This document shows, piece by piece, positions 1-10,055 of a DNA stretch of 41,043 nt (its first letter is position 1; each line of letters opens with the position of its first letter). The position numbers were made by a program, and so were the translations under genes. The notes beneath the pieces are model-generated. The model was not told the origin of the DNA, did no database searches, and worked only from the letters and a program-made list of their open reading frames with translations. This DNA comes from Promethearchaeota archaeon (lineage in GTDB: Archaea; Asgardarchaeota; Lokiarchaeia; Sigyniarchaeales; SOKP01). The DNA lies in NCBI GenBank assembly GCA_016930515.1, contig JAFGGO010000119.1:1-41043 (forward strand). Direction: 5' to 3'.

Positions 1-1781
1 GGATCCTGTTCAGTGGAGTTTATTCCATCCCCAAAGTGCCACGTGAAGTTGAGCGGTAAATTACCCCCGCTCCCCGTGTAATTAAATCGTATGGGTTGTG
101 ATTCATATAATAGCGTGATATTCGCACTGAAATTAGCGATAGGTGTTGTATCCTCAAGAACGGTAATGTATTCCGTTTTAGATTCAGTATCGTTATCTTC
201 ATGTATATCGTGAACGGTTAGGTTCACGGTAAAAACGCCGAACGTGTCATACACGTGTAGGGGATCCCGTTCTGTTGAGGTGGTATTATCTCCAAAGTCC
301 CATTCGAAGGAAAGTGGAAGGTTTCCTCCCGTACCGTTGTATGTAAATTGTATGGGTTTTATTCCATATACTAAAGTGGCATTCGCGCTGAAATTCGCTT
401 CGGGCGCGGTATTCGTTAGGGGATATCCGTCTTCGCTTCCTGCCGAGCCACTAATACTATATGGATCATCTACAATGCCATCTCCGTCATCGTCAGGACC
501 GACCCAATCGCTCCAGAAATTACCTTTTGCTGAATTGTTCCATTGATTTTCCGCTCCGTTATCTTCGGCGTTCAGTCCGTTTTCAATAAACGAATTATAG
601 GTAAAGGTGTTATTTTCCCCATAGCTATTTATCAATGCTCCATATTGGGTATTTTTAATAAAAGCATTCTCGGTGACGGTATTATTGCTACTACTCTCTA
701 TATATAATCCACAATTTTGATTTGTGGTGCCTGTATTACTCATGATATTTTCTGAGATGGTGTTGTTATTACACTTATCCTCCAAGCGCATCCCATAATT
801 AATATTATCATTAAGCGTGTTTCCCGATATCGAATTATTCTTACAATTATAATACAAATATATCCCCTCATTTTGATTCGTAGTATAAATATTGCTTGCG
901 GTATTTTCCGATATCCTGTTATTATCAGACGCCCAAAAGAAATATATACCACTTCGTTGATTGTCGTTTGCCTTATTTCTCAAAACGGTGTTCTCCTCAC
1001 TACCATCTAGATATATTCCATAGAAGAGATTATAACTTGCGTTATTTCCCGAGACGGTGGAATAATCACATCCTGATAAATCTATCCCGCTATATTGATT
1101 ATTATTTGCGTTATTGCCTAAAATGTCGTTTTTATGACAACGATCTCTTAGATATATTCCATTTTCTTGATTATGGCTTGCGTTGTTTCCCGAAACGGTG
1201 TTCTCATCGCAGTAATAATATATATGTATTCCTGTTTTTTGATTATGGCTTGCGTTATTTCCCGAAACGATGTTGTTATCAGAGCTCGAATATATTGCTA
1301 TGCCCATGCCTTGATTATACGAGCAATTGTTATCGACGATCTTCCCATTTGAAACAGTAGTAAGTTTTATTCCAGCGTCATAATACGGATAACTACCAAG
1401 ACTTGAATTATAAAAGGTGCAATTTCTTATGATGAAATAAGCGTTTGAATTCTTAATTTCGATGCACGAAGAACCATTAGCACCATTAATCGTCACATTC
1501 TCGATGATATATGGGTTAGAAAGAGTACCTGAACCATTACACCAATCCTGACCGGCAGCCCATGCCCAATCTTGAATATCTGAGTCGTCAATAACGATTG
1601 GATATGGTAACGTCCAATATTTAGAGGTTCTAGGTTTTATTATTCTTTCTTGGTCAAGAACTTTCAAGTCATTTCCTTGAGGTTCAATGCTTGATAAAAT
1701 CGCGAGGATCATTAAAATGAAAAAGAAGAAGGTTGTCTTTCTTCTATTTTCTCTCAATCTTAAAAATTTTAATCGTATCAT
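1..1781 (-). CDS. NosD/PbH1 right-handed beta-helix + PKD-domain surface protein (partial, runs off the left edge)
   Basis: Hand translation from ATG 1781: MIRLKFLRLRENRRKTTFFFFILMILAILSS...WAWAAGQDWCNGSGTLSNPYIIENVTINGANGSSCIEIKNS. The same frame at the window edge reads NFTWHFGDGINSTEQD (PKD). Paralogous to 1847..5242. Probably absent from the ORF track because it has no stop inside the window. Confidence 0.85.
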   Translation of the reverse strand, partial: MIRLKFLRLRENRRKTTFFFFILMILAILSSIEPQGNDLKVLDQERIIKPRTSKYWTLPYPIVIDDSDIQDWAWAAGQDWCNGSGTLSNPYIIENVTINGANGSSCIEIKNSNAYFIIRNCTFYNSSLGSYPYYDAGIKLTTVSNGKIVDNNCSYNQGMGIAIYSSSDNNIVSGNNASHNQKTGIHIYYYCDENTVSGNNASHNQENGIYLRDRCHKNDILGNNANNNQYSGIDLSGCDYSTVSGNNASYNLFYGIYLDGSEENTVLRNKANDNQRSGIYFFWASDNNRISENTASNIYTTNQNEGIYLYYNCKNNSISGNTLNDNINYGMRLEDKCNNNTISENIMSNTGTTNQNCGLYIESSSNNTVTENAFIKNTQYGALINSYGENNTFTYNSFIENGLNAEDNGAENQWNNSAKGNFWSDWVGPDDDGDGIVDDPYSISGSAGSEDGYPLTNTAPEANFSANATLVYGIKPIQFTYNGTGGNLPLSFEWDFGDNTTSTERDPLHVYDTFGVFTVNLTVHDIHEDNDTESKTEYITVLEDTTPIANFSANITLLYESQPIRFNYTGSGGNLPLNFTWHFGDGINSTEQD

Positions 1782-1846
1782 CTTTGCTACTCATCTTTTT
1801 TTTATCATTATTTTCGTGAGGAAATTTCTTATAATGTTTTTAACGT

Positions 1847-4800
1847 TCATGTAAAATAGTTCTGACAGGACCAGCATTTCTCTCCTTGCTCGCGTAATGC
1901 ATTCACGCAATCCTTGCAATAAAAAGCTTGACAATGAGGACAAATATACACGTTTTCTCCCTTGACTGGTCCTTTATGTACGATACAAATGTATTTTTGT
2001 TTTTCCACATCCATTCCTGATTCATCAAGCGTTTCTAATGCAACTTTTTCTTTCGTTGACGGTCCAGCCCCCTCCTTAATCAAACCATCTTCATAAAACA
2101 CAAGTTCATGTTTTACTTCTGGTGTTGTTTTTGAACTCACTTTTAAGGGCATTTTAGTTTGTAGTATTTTGTCTGAAGGAATTATCTTCCCAATGGGTAA
2201 TGTTGTAGCTCCGTTTTTTCTTCGTTTTTTAATGAGGATAACGCTTGAAACCACTGTGAAAATGCTCAAGGAGGTAACAATGAGAATAATTTCAATGGGA
2301 AAAAATGGGATGAGGTCAGAATTTTCAAAAACCTCTATTCTCATCGTCATGATCTCAACATCTCCGTTCGCATCAGTAATTGTCAAAGTTACGTTGTAAA
2401 TTCCAGGTGATTCATATGCATGTACAGGGTTCTGCTCGGTTGAGCTGGTTCCGTCTCCAAACTCCCAATAGAAACTGAGAGGAGCGTTCCCTTCATTACC
2501 CGTAAAAAAGAATTGAATTGGGCGTCCATCAACGAAACGACTCCCATCGATGCTGAAATTCACGGTGGGTTTGAAATCCTCAAGAACGGTAATCAAACCT
2601 GTTTTTTTTCCACTATCTCCATTAAAATCAGTTATAGTTAAGGCCACGACATAAAGATCAGGCTGGTCATATACATGTACGGGAACCTGATCAGTGGAGT
2701 TTGTTCCGTCTCCAAATTCCCAGAAGAACGCGAGAGGGGCGTTCCCTCCACTGCCTCTATACATGAATCTTACGGGTTGCCCTTGTATTATTACTGTCTC
2801 GTTGGCACTGAAATCCACGTTGGGCTTGGTATCAAGAGAAACGTTAATATATCCTGCTTTTGTTTCAGTATCGTTATCTCCGTTCACGTCAATAACGATA
2901 AGATTTACTGAGTAAACACCAGGTTGGTTGTATGTGTGTACGGGATCCTGCTCGGTTGAGTTTATTCCGTCTCCAAAGTGCCATTCGAAAGTAAATGGAG
3001 AGTTACCTAACATGCCGTTGAATGTAAATTTTATAGGTTGCCCTTGAATTATTTCTGTCTCGTTGGCACTGAAATCCACGTTGGGTGTGGTATCAAGAGA
3101 AACGGTAATATATCCTGCTTTTGTTTCAGTATCGTTATCTCCGTTCACATCAATGACGGAAAGATTTACAAGGTAAATGCCTGGTTGATCATACACATGT
3201 ATGGGATCCTGCTCACGTGAAACAGTTCCATCTCCAAAATTCCATTCAAATGTGAGGGGTAAGTTCCCTCCACCACCCGTGTAGTTAAATTGAATTGACT
3301 GTCCTAATATTATATTAGTATTGTTCGCACTGAAATCCACGATAGGCGTGGTATTTATCAGTGGATACCGATCCTCGCTAGTTGCTGTTCCTTGAATGAA
3401 ATAAGAACCCGTACCAGAATAATCGTCCCAGAAATTACCGATACCTCCATTATCCCATTGATTGTACGCTCCATCATCCTTGGCGTGAATTCCATTATCC
3501 ACGAATGAGTTCAGCCAAATCGTGTTATTCTTTACACCTGAACTATCCAAAACCATTCCATAAAGATCGTTGTTAATTAACAAATTTTTCGTGATGATAT
3601 TTTCACTAGAATCTGCATTTAAGGTTATCCCTGTTTCTAAATTATTGCTGGCGTTATTTTCCGAGATGGTGCCATTGTTACACCACATTAAATATAAACC
3701 ATGATATTGATTAAGACTTGCTGTATTTCCCGAGATGGTGATATTATCAATAAACCAAACGTCAATTCCATCTTGGTTCTCATTACACGTATTATTTGAA
3801 ATGTTGATGTTATCGCCCCAAATTGCGCAGACACCTTGTAGGTAATTCCTATTAAGGATATTTCCCGAAATGGTGCTATTGTTACACTCATACAAGTATT
3901 GACCTACTCCATATTGCTTGTTATCGCTTGCAGTGTTTCTCGAAACGGCGGTATTGTTACAAACATCAAGATATATCCCTGTTCCTAAATTATAGCTTGC
4001 GTTATTTCCTAAGACGGCGGTATCGTTGCAATTATATAATTCAATTCCATTACCTGAATTATTACTAGCGTTATTTCCCAAGATATCATTATGAGAACTT
4101 GAGTATAAACTAATACCCGTTGAAGTTCGAGACGCATTAACTCCTGAGATCGTACAATAGGAGCAATTTACCAAGAAAACCTGGCCAGCATCCATGAAAT
4201 CGTCTTTCTCTAGCCCCTCCTCGTTGACATAATAATATATGGGCTTTTGGTTTACCTCGTTTGATGTATCAATTTCGAACGATTGTAACCGAGAAAGAAG
4301 GGTAGGAACAATTGTTAACCCACATTTCATCATGGTATTTTCGGATAGTATTATATCGCTACAATCCTGTAAATAGATACCGCTAACATTATTATTTTTC
4401 AATGTGTTTTCCGAGACGGTGTTATTATTGCAATTATTGTACAGGTATATCCCATATGAATTTTCGTTTGCCGCATTTTCCGAGACGGTGTTATTATTGC
4501 AATTTTTATACAGGTATATCCCATATCTATTTTCGTTTGCCGCATTTCCGGAGATATTATTATTGCTACAACCATAAAGATATATTCCATCAAGATAATT
4601 ATTAATCATGGTATTTTCCGAGACGGTGTTATTATCACAATTACTTCTCAGTTGTATCCCGAACCAGAGATTATTAGTTACGTTATTTCCCGAGACGGTA
4701 TTATTGTGACAATCATTATATAGATATATTCCCATGCCGTTATTGTCAGAGCAATTGTTGTCAAGTATCTTTCCATTTGTGGTATTTACTAACTTGATCC

Positions 4801-5242
4801 CGGCATTGTAATAAGGATTAGAAGTTCCTAAAGTTGAATTGAAAACAGTACAATTCCGTATGATGAAATATACGGTTGAATTCCTAATTTCGATGCACGA
4901 AGAACTATTACCGCCGTTTATCGTCACGTTCTCGATGATATACGGATCCGAATAAATACCTGAACCATTACACCAATTTTCACCTACAGCATCGGCCCAA
5001 GTATAGCTACCAAAATCATCGATGACGATTGGACCTGGAAGAACCCAAAAATATGAATTTTTGATATTCTTGTTGGGAGGATTGGAAATTTGGCCTCCTT
5101 CATCAATTTTGATGGGGGAAAGAAGAATGGGTGTTACCAAGAAAAAAAGGAAGATAAATCCTTTAAGGAGCGTTTTTTTTCTCTTGATCCCCCCGCCATT
5201 TTGCTTTAATATCGTACTTTTTAAAGGATAGATTGTTTTCAT
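1847..5242 (-). CDS. Membrane-anchored surface protein: N-terminal hydrophobic segment, NosD/CASH beta-helix, 4 PKD domains, TM helix, cytoplasmic Cys/His Zn finger
   Basis: GIYLxxCNNNTVSEN repeats; four WxFGDG PKD motifs; TM segment followed by KKRRK; C-terminal CIVH...CPHC...YCKDC...CWSC. Confidence 0.88.
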   Translation of the reverse strand: MKTIYPLKSTILKQNGGGIKRKKTLLKGFIFLFFLVTPILLSPIKIDEGGQISNPPNKNIKNSYFWVLPGPIVIDDFGSYTWADAVGENWCNGSGIYSDPYIIENVTINGGNSSSCIEIRNSTVYFIIRNCTVFNSTLGTSNPYYNAGIKLVNTTNGKILDNNCSDNNGMGIYLYNDCHNNTVSGNNVTNNLWFGIQLRSNCDNNTVSENTMINNYLDGIYLYGCSNNNISGNAANENRYGIYLYKNCNNNTVSENAANENSYGIYLYNNCNNNTVSENTLKNNNVSGIYLQDCSDIILSENTMMKCGLTIVPTLLSRLQSFEIDTSNEVNQKPIYYYVNEEGLEKDDFMDAGQVFLVNCSYCTISGVNASRTSTGISLYSSSHNDILGNNASNNSGNGIELYNCNDTAVLGNNASYNLGTGIYLDVCNNTAVSRNTASDNKQYGVGQYLYECNNSTISGNILNRNYLQGVCAIWGDNINISNNTCNENQDGIDVWFIDNITISGNTASLNQYHGLYLMWCNNGTISENNASNNLETGITLNADSSENIITKNLLINNDLYGMVLDSSGVKNNTIWLNSFVDNGIHAKDDGAYNQWDNGGIGNFWDDYSGTGSYFIQGTATSEDRYPLINTTPIVDFSANNTNIILGQSIQFNYTGGGGNLPLTFEWNFGDGTVSREQDPIHVYDQPGIYLVNLSVIDVNGDNDTETKAGYITVSLDTTPNVDFSANETEIIQGQPIKFTFNGMLGNSPFTFEWHFGDGINSTEQDPVHTYNQPGVYSVNLIVIDVNGDNDTETKAGYINVSLDTKPNVDFSANETVIIQGQPVRFMYRGSGGNAPLAFFWEFGDGTNSTDQVPVHVYDQPDLYVVALTITDFNGDSGKKTGLITVLEDFKPTVNFSIDGSRFVDGRPIQFFFTGNEGNAPLSFYWEFGDGTSSTEQNPVHAYESPGIYNVTLTITDANGDVEIMTMRIEVFENSDLIPFFPIEIILIVTSLSIFTVVSSVILIKKRRKNGATTLPIGKIIPSDKILQTKMPLKVSSKTTPEVKHELVFYEDGLIKEGAGPSTKEKVALETLDESGMDVEKQKYICIVHKGPVKGENVYICPHCQAFYCKDCVNALREQGEKCWSCQNYFT
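2690..3250. repeat. Intragenic near-identical PKD-coding duplication (about 261-nt period)
   Basis: GTTGGCACTGAAATCCACGTTGGG and ATATCCTGCTTTTGTTTCAGTATCGTTATCTCCGTTCAC each occur twice (about 2800-2890 and 3060-3150). Confidence 0.8.
4400..4720. repeat. Intragenic PbH1-coding tandem repeats (about 66-69 nt period)
   Basis: Recurring CCGAGACGGTGTTATTAT and CAGGTATATCCCATAT units matching the protein repeat. Confidence 0.75.
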
Positions 5243-5407
5243 TTTTCTATTTTCTTCTTATATTCTCATATTCATCACTAGTGCAAAGATATATAAATGT
5301 ATGTGGGTAATATTTGAATTAGAGGGTTGTCCAAACTCGTAATCTGTTATAAATTGACACTCTTATGATTTTAAACTCCATTTTTTATATATTTCTATCG
5401 TTCTTGA

Positions 5408-5644
5408 TATAAGAAAAGAGAACATGGAACCCTATCTTCAATTAAAATAAGAAGTGATGAAGTCTTTATATTCGCTCAACACATTGATTCTAATGGTGAA
5501 AAGTACTGGTATGGCTATGTTGAGAAACCTGACATCTCAAATCTCGCTCTTGCGATAACAAGTACGATCGTGATAATATCAACCGTTTTAATAGGCATTA
5601 TAATCTTAATTAAAAAACGGAGGAACGAAAACTTTCAAGACTAA
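5408..5644 (+). pseudogene. Orphan 3' fragment of a membrane-anchored protein
   Basis: Open frame lacking a usable start: ...EHGTLSSIKIRSDEVFIFAQHIDSNGEKYWYGYVEKPDISNLALAITSTIVIISTVLIGIIILIKKRRNENFQD*, preceded by an in-frame TGA at 5405. Confidence 0.55.
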
Positions 5645-5877
5645 AGCAAAATACAATTCATTTTTTTTAAATTTTAAAAGTCAAAAAAAACATGAAAATT
5701 ACGACGAATTCAGTCAATTTTATACAGATAAATTAGCTTCTTATTTTTCTTGAGATAACTAGATTAAAATTTATTTGGAAAAGTAAATAATATTAGAAAT
5801 CTTGATTTATATTGATATACTCTTTTTATCGCAAATCCTGGGGAATGCGTGTAATACAAAAAAAAAACCGTGGTTAT

Positions 5878-6957
5878 ATGGAAGAAGACATCTATAAAAG
5901 GTTACAGAAACGAATTGACGAGTTCGCCCTCGGTTTTAATTCGACTAAATCGGGTGTGGAGCTCAAAATACTTCAGATGCTTTTTACGCCAGAAGAGGCA
6001 GAATTATATCTTCATATGAGCAGGGAACTCGAACCGATTGAAATTATTACGAATAAAGCTAGAATAGATGCTTCTGAAGTAACAAGATTGTTAGAACAAA
6101 TGACAAAAAAGGGAGTTGTTTTCCCCATAATGGCAGAAGATCGCAAGTTCTATGCCGCTGCTCCTTTCATGCACGGATTCATCGAAAACGCAGCGGTACT
6201 CGATGGACCAAGAGAATTAATGACCCTAATGGATGAATATGTGGAGGGCGATTTTAAAGCGCGTGGAAAGACCCTTAGAACGGTCCCAGTTCATGAAAGT
6301 GTTGATTTTAACAATAATATTCTCCCATTCGACGATGTGTTAGAAGTTATAAAATCGAAAGAGCGTATTGGGGTGATTCCTTGTGCTTGTGCCAAAAAAA
6401 TGCAGATTATTGGAACTAATTGCGATAAATCGATTGATGTTTGCATTGGTTTCGACTTCTACGCAGAATATGCCATTGAAGGACTTAACGTGGGGCGATG
6501 GATCACCCAAGAAGAAGCAGAAGAAATTCTCCGGCAATCTGAAAGAGAGGGGTTGGTACATCAAATCGCTGGAAGTAGTAAAAGCACCGAAGCAATCTGT
6601 AATTGCTGTCCATCGTGTTGTAATATTTTAAAAACCATTAGGAGATTACCTATTCCTTCCAAGGTAACCGGATCGAATTATCGCGCGTTTTACTCTCTCG
6701 AGGATTGCGTTCTTTGCGAAAAATGCATTGAAAGATGCCCAATGGAAGCATTTGTAATGCAAGGCGATGAGCTATCTTATAATTCCGATCGTTGCATAGG
6801 ATGTGGTCTCTGCGTTACTACCTGCCCCGCTAGTGCGTTATCGCTCGAACTAAGAGATGAAAATAAGCTAAGGTTTCCTCCACAACCCGAATCTTATCAA
6901 TTCATGAAATCGTCGGTTGAATTCAGCGAGGACGTAAAGAAATGGATTAAAAAATGA
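5878..6957 (+). CDS. 4Fe-4S dicluster (ferredoxin-type) protein with N-terminal HTH-like region
   Basis: CVLCEKCIERCP and CIGCGLCVTTCP; also CACAK and ICNCCPSCC. Likely start is ATG 5878 (MEEDIY). Confidence 0.85.
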   Translation: MEEDIYKRLQKRIDEFALGFNSTKSGVELKILQMLFTPEEAELYLHMSRELEPIEIITNKARIDASEVTRLLEQMTKKGVVFPIMAEDRKFYAAAPFMHGFIENAAVLDGPRELMTLMDEYVEGDFKARGKTLRTVPVHESVDFNNNILPFDDVLEVIKSKERIGVIPCACAKKMQIIGTNCDKSIDVCIGFDFYAEYAIEGLNVGRWITQEEAEEILRQSEREGLVHQIAGSSKSTEAICNCCPSCCNILKTIRRLPIPSKVTGSNYRAFYSLEDCVLCEKCIERCPMEAFVMQGDELSYNSDRCIGCGLCVTTCPASALSLELRDENKLRFPPQPESYQFMKSSVEFSEDVKKWIKK

Positions 6958-7092
6958 ATCGGAACTATTTTAAATTCAGCCTGAATGAAAAATCTTAAAG
7001 GAAAAATGACAAGTTAATTAGATTTGTTTCACGCTTTTAATTTAGTTCTTTAAGATAATTATTTCAATGATTTGATGGACAGTTTTCTGGTA

Positions 7093-7653
7093 TTAAAGGT
7101 GCTTAATTACTTTACAAGGATTACCTGCGGCAAATACTCCCGATGGGATGGATTTTATTACGATCGATCCAGGACCAATTACCGAATCGTTTCCGATCGA
7201 AATTCCGGGACAGATGACGGCATTACCTCCAATCCAAACATTTTTTCCAATTGAAACGGGCAAGCTCAATTCTAGCCCCTGCCTGCGTAATTCTGGTTCC
7301 AATGGATGCGTTGCGCAATATACCTGCACGTTAGGTCCCATTAAAGTGTCATCACCAATCCTCACGATGTTACAATCCAGTATGACGCAATTTAAATTCA
7401 TGTAAACGCCTTTTCCGGCGAAAATATTGCTTCCGTAATCGCAAGTGAAAGGCGGTTCAATCGTTAAAGGATCGCTGGATTCGCCAAATAACTCTTTTAA
7501 AATGGCATTGCGCGCCACATGGTCGCTAAATTTTATGGTATTATATTCCTGACACAAATCACGAGCGCTCTCTCTTTCTTTTACGAGTTCAGGGTCGTTT
7601 GCATTATAAAGCTTGCCTGTAAGCATTTTATTCTTTTCAGTTTCGGGACTCAT
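7093..7653 (-). CDS. maa: Sugar (maltose) O-acetyltransferase, hexapeptide-repeat family
   Basis: KMLTGKLYNANDPEL, IEPPFTCDYGSNI, CATHPL, VWIGGNAVICPG, AGNPCKVIK. Confidence 0.9.
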   Translation of the reverse strand: MSPETEKNKMLTGKLYNANDPELVKERESARDLCQEYNTIKFSDHVARNAILKELFGESSDPLTIEPPFTCDYGSNIFAGKGVYMNLNCVILDCNIVRIGDDTLMGPNVQVYCATHPLEPELRRQGLELSLPVSIGKNVWIGGNAVICPGISIGNDSVIGPGSIVIKSIPSGVFAAGNPCKVIKHL

Positions 7654-8190
7654 GATGATATAAATCTTGTATTCATTTTTAATATTTATACAACTCTAGA
7701 GAATTTTTTAAAAAGGATTTGAGAAGAACCAGTTTTACGTGAAATTGGTCCTTATGAAATCATATAGAAAGATCAGGGATCTTGAAATGGGAAGATTTAT
7801 ATTGTCCATTCTTACATCTTTTTTATCTCAAACGAATTCCTGATATCTTTAATTATCAAGTTTACGTCCCAGGATAAGATATGATTTACTTGTTAGATTG
7901 TTCTCATCATTGATAATCCTATTGTCATCAACCTTAATTTTTAAACGAATAAATCATCTGAATAAATTGAGCACGTCTCAATAATGATCCTATTTTTTTC
8001 TTTACAATTTTTTTTAAAGACAAATTATTATTTTCTTATTAAAAGGTAATTTACTTTACTTAATTGTAATTTGAAAAAAACTCCAATTTCGTTCCAAACG
8101 GGTTTTTAATATGGGAATAATTTTTAAATCGCAAATAACGGGAATTTTGAATGCTTTAATAATAATAAATAACTGAAAAAAAGAATCTAA

Positions 8191-8946
8191 ATGGAGTCCT
8201 CGATTGTAATTAGCGGAACTTTTTCTCTCATATTCATAATTGTGTCGTTTATCATTGGATTAAAAATTATTCTTGGTTATAAAAAAAGAAAGGAACGAAC
8301 TTACCTGTACATCGGTTTTGTTTGGATATTGATTTCGGGATCCTGGTATGCCAGTGCCATTTCATTTTTAATCGCACTTTTTACAAACGGTTCGGGACTT
8401 CAATTCCATCCCGAAATATACTTCTTAATTGGAAATTCTCTCGTGCCCGTTGGTCAAATCCTTTGGTTAATAGTAACTACCGATTTTTTTGCGAAAGAAA
8501 AACAGATACTTATTGTTGGTACCTATTGTGTGTTTGCCGTTATTGAAGAAAGCTTCTTGATCTATGGCATTTTAGTAGATCCTGGTGCTATTGGAACGCT
8601 CGTGTCTCCTGTAGATGTGGAGTACGAAGCTTTAACAATTTTATGGGCTTCTATAAATTTAATCATTTTCATAATACCAGGATTTTTGTTAGGAGAGACC
8701 TTATTGAGTTCTGATAACAAGGAACATCATTTAAAGGGAAAGTACTTGATATTAGCGTTTATATTATTTGGTTTAGGGTCAATACTTGACGCGTTATCGT
8801 TTATTCCCGTGTGGTTCCTCCCCATCACGAGAATCATATTAATTTCAAGCTCGATTTGCTATTATGTCGGTTTTATCCTTCCAAAATGGATGAGGCGTTT
8901 CTTGAAGGAGGTTGAGACGCCTTCCTCACGGGCTTCTTCTTTCTGA
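8191..8946 (+). CDS. Hypothetical integral membrane protein, about 7 TM helices
   Basis: Seven hydrophobic stretches, no soluble domain. Confidence 0.75.
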   Translation: MESSIVISGTFSLIFIIVSFIIGLKIILGYKKRKERTYLYIGFVWILISGSWYASAISFLIALFTNGSGLQFHPEIYFLIGNSLVPVGQILWLIVTTDFFAKEKQILIVGTYCVFAVIEESFLIYGILVDPGAIGTLVSPVDVEYEALTILWASINLIIFIIPGFLLGETLLSSDNKEHHLKGKYLILAFILFGLGSILDALSFIPVWFLPITRIILISSSICYYVGFILPKWMRRFLKEVETPSSRASSF

Positions 8947-9013
8947 TGCAAACTTACTTTAAACTGAACTAGTAAAACCTTTTTTTTAAAGCGTCTTATT
9001 AATTAAAATAACA

Positions 9014-10006
9014 ATGAAATATCGAAAATTAGGAAAAACGGGCTTTGATGTCTCTGAAGTTTCTCTTGGAACCTGGCAATTAGGGGGCGTTTGGGGAGAG
9101 ATATTCGATGAAAACATCGCAAAGACAACTCTTCAGTCCGCAATCTCAAATGATATTAATCTTTTTGACACTGCAGATGTGTATAGAGATGGTCTTAGCG
9201 AGCACGCTTGTGGAAGCTTTCGAAACGAACAAAAGAATGAACACGAGATATATATTGCCACTAAATGCGGAAGAAAGCTGAACCCACACGAAACCAATGG
9301 TTATAATAGGAAGAACCTAGAACGATTCGTAAACGAGAGCCTGAAAAACTTAAACGCGGATCACATTGACCTTCTTCAACTTCATTGTCCTCCCACCGAC
9401 GTGTATTACAAACCAGAGGTTTTTTCTTATTTAGACGATTTTGTTAACGAGGGAAAGGTAAAAAATTATGGCGTTAGCGTTGAAAGGGTAGAAGAAGGAT
9501 TAAAAGCGCTTGAATACGAAAATTTATCCACCATCCAAATTATCTTTAACGCGTTCCGCCAACGACCTAAAGAAATATTGTTTGAGGAAGCGAAAAAGAA
9601 AAATGTGGGCATTATCGCGCGAGTTCCCTTGGCGAGCGGTCTGCTTTCGGGAAAATTCACGGAAGAAACTCAATTTGGAAAAGAAGATCACAGATTCTTT
9701 AATCGAAACGGCGAAGTATTCGACAAGGGAGAGACTTTTTCTGGAGTAGATTATCGATTAGGGTTAGAAGTCGCGGAAAAAATAAAACTTGTTTTCGACA
9801 ATCCCCAAAATTTAGCACCTTACGCTTTACGATGGATATTGATGTTTGATGCCGTGTCGTGCGTGATTCCTGGAGCAAGCAAGCCAGATCACATTCTTTC
9901 AAATGCTTCCTCATCGTTTCTCCCTCCCTTGTCCAAATCGCAAATGCAAGAAATCGAGGAAATTTACGATTCAAAAATAAAGCCCGTAGTTCACAATCGG
10001 TGGTGA
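9014..10006 (+). CDS. Aldo/keto reductase
   Basis: MKYRKLGKTGFDVSEVSLGTW, FDTADVY, IATKCG, DLLQLH, RVPLASGLLSGK, VIPGAS. Confidence 0.93.
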   Translation: MKYRKLGKTGFDVSEVSLGTWQLGGVWGEIFDENIAKTTLQSAISNDINLFDTADVYRDGLSEHACGSFRNEQKNEHEIYIATKCGRKLNPHETNGYNRKNLERFVNESLKNLNADHIDLLQLHCPPTDVYYKPEVFSYLDDFVNEGKVKNYGVSVERVEEGLKALEYENLSTIQIIFNAFRQRPKEILFEEAKKKNVGIIARVPLASGLLSGKFTEETQFGKEDHRFFNRNGEVFDKGETFSGVDYRLGLEVAEKIKLVFDNPQNLAPYALRWILMFDAVSCVIPGASKPDHILSNASSSFLPPLSKSQMQEIEEIYDSKIKPVVHNRW

Positions 10007-10055
10007 TTCTTACGAGTTTCCCTCGATTAAAAGAAAGGAATTCAATAAATCTATC

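Noticed and set aside
244-1360. Plus-strand ORFs 244..546, 896..1360 and 1167..1352
   Set aside because: Antisense shadows of the minus-strand beta-helix/PKD gene.
4400-4720. Regular ~66-69 nt repeats resembling a CRISPR array
   Set aside because: The period is a multiple of 3, the 'spacers' are similar to each other, the units encode PbH1 turns inside a CDS, and no cas genes are present.
7720-8190. Possible decayed gene between maa and the 7-TM gene
   Set aside because: Only short stop-interrupted frames, with no recognisable motif.
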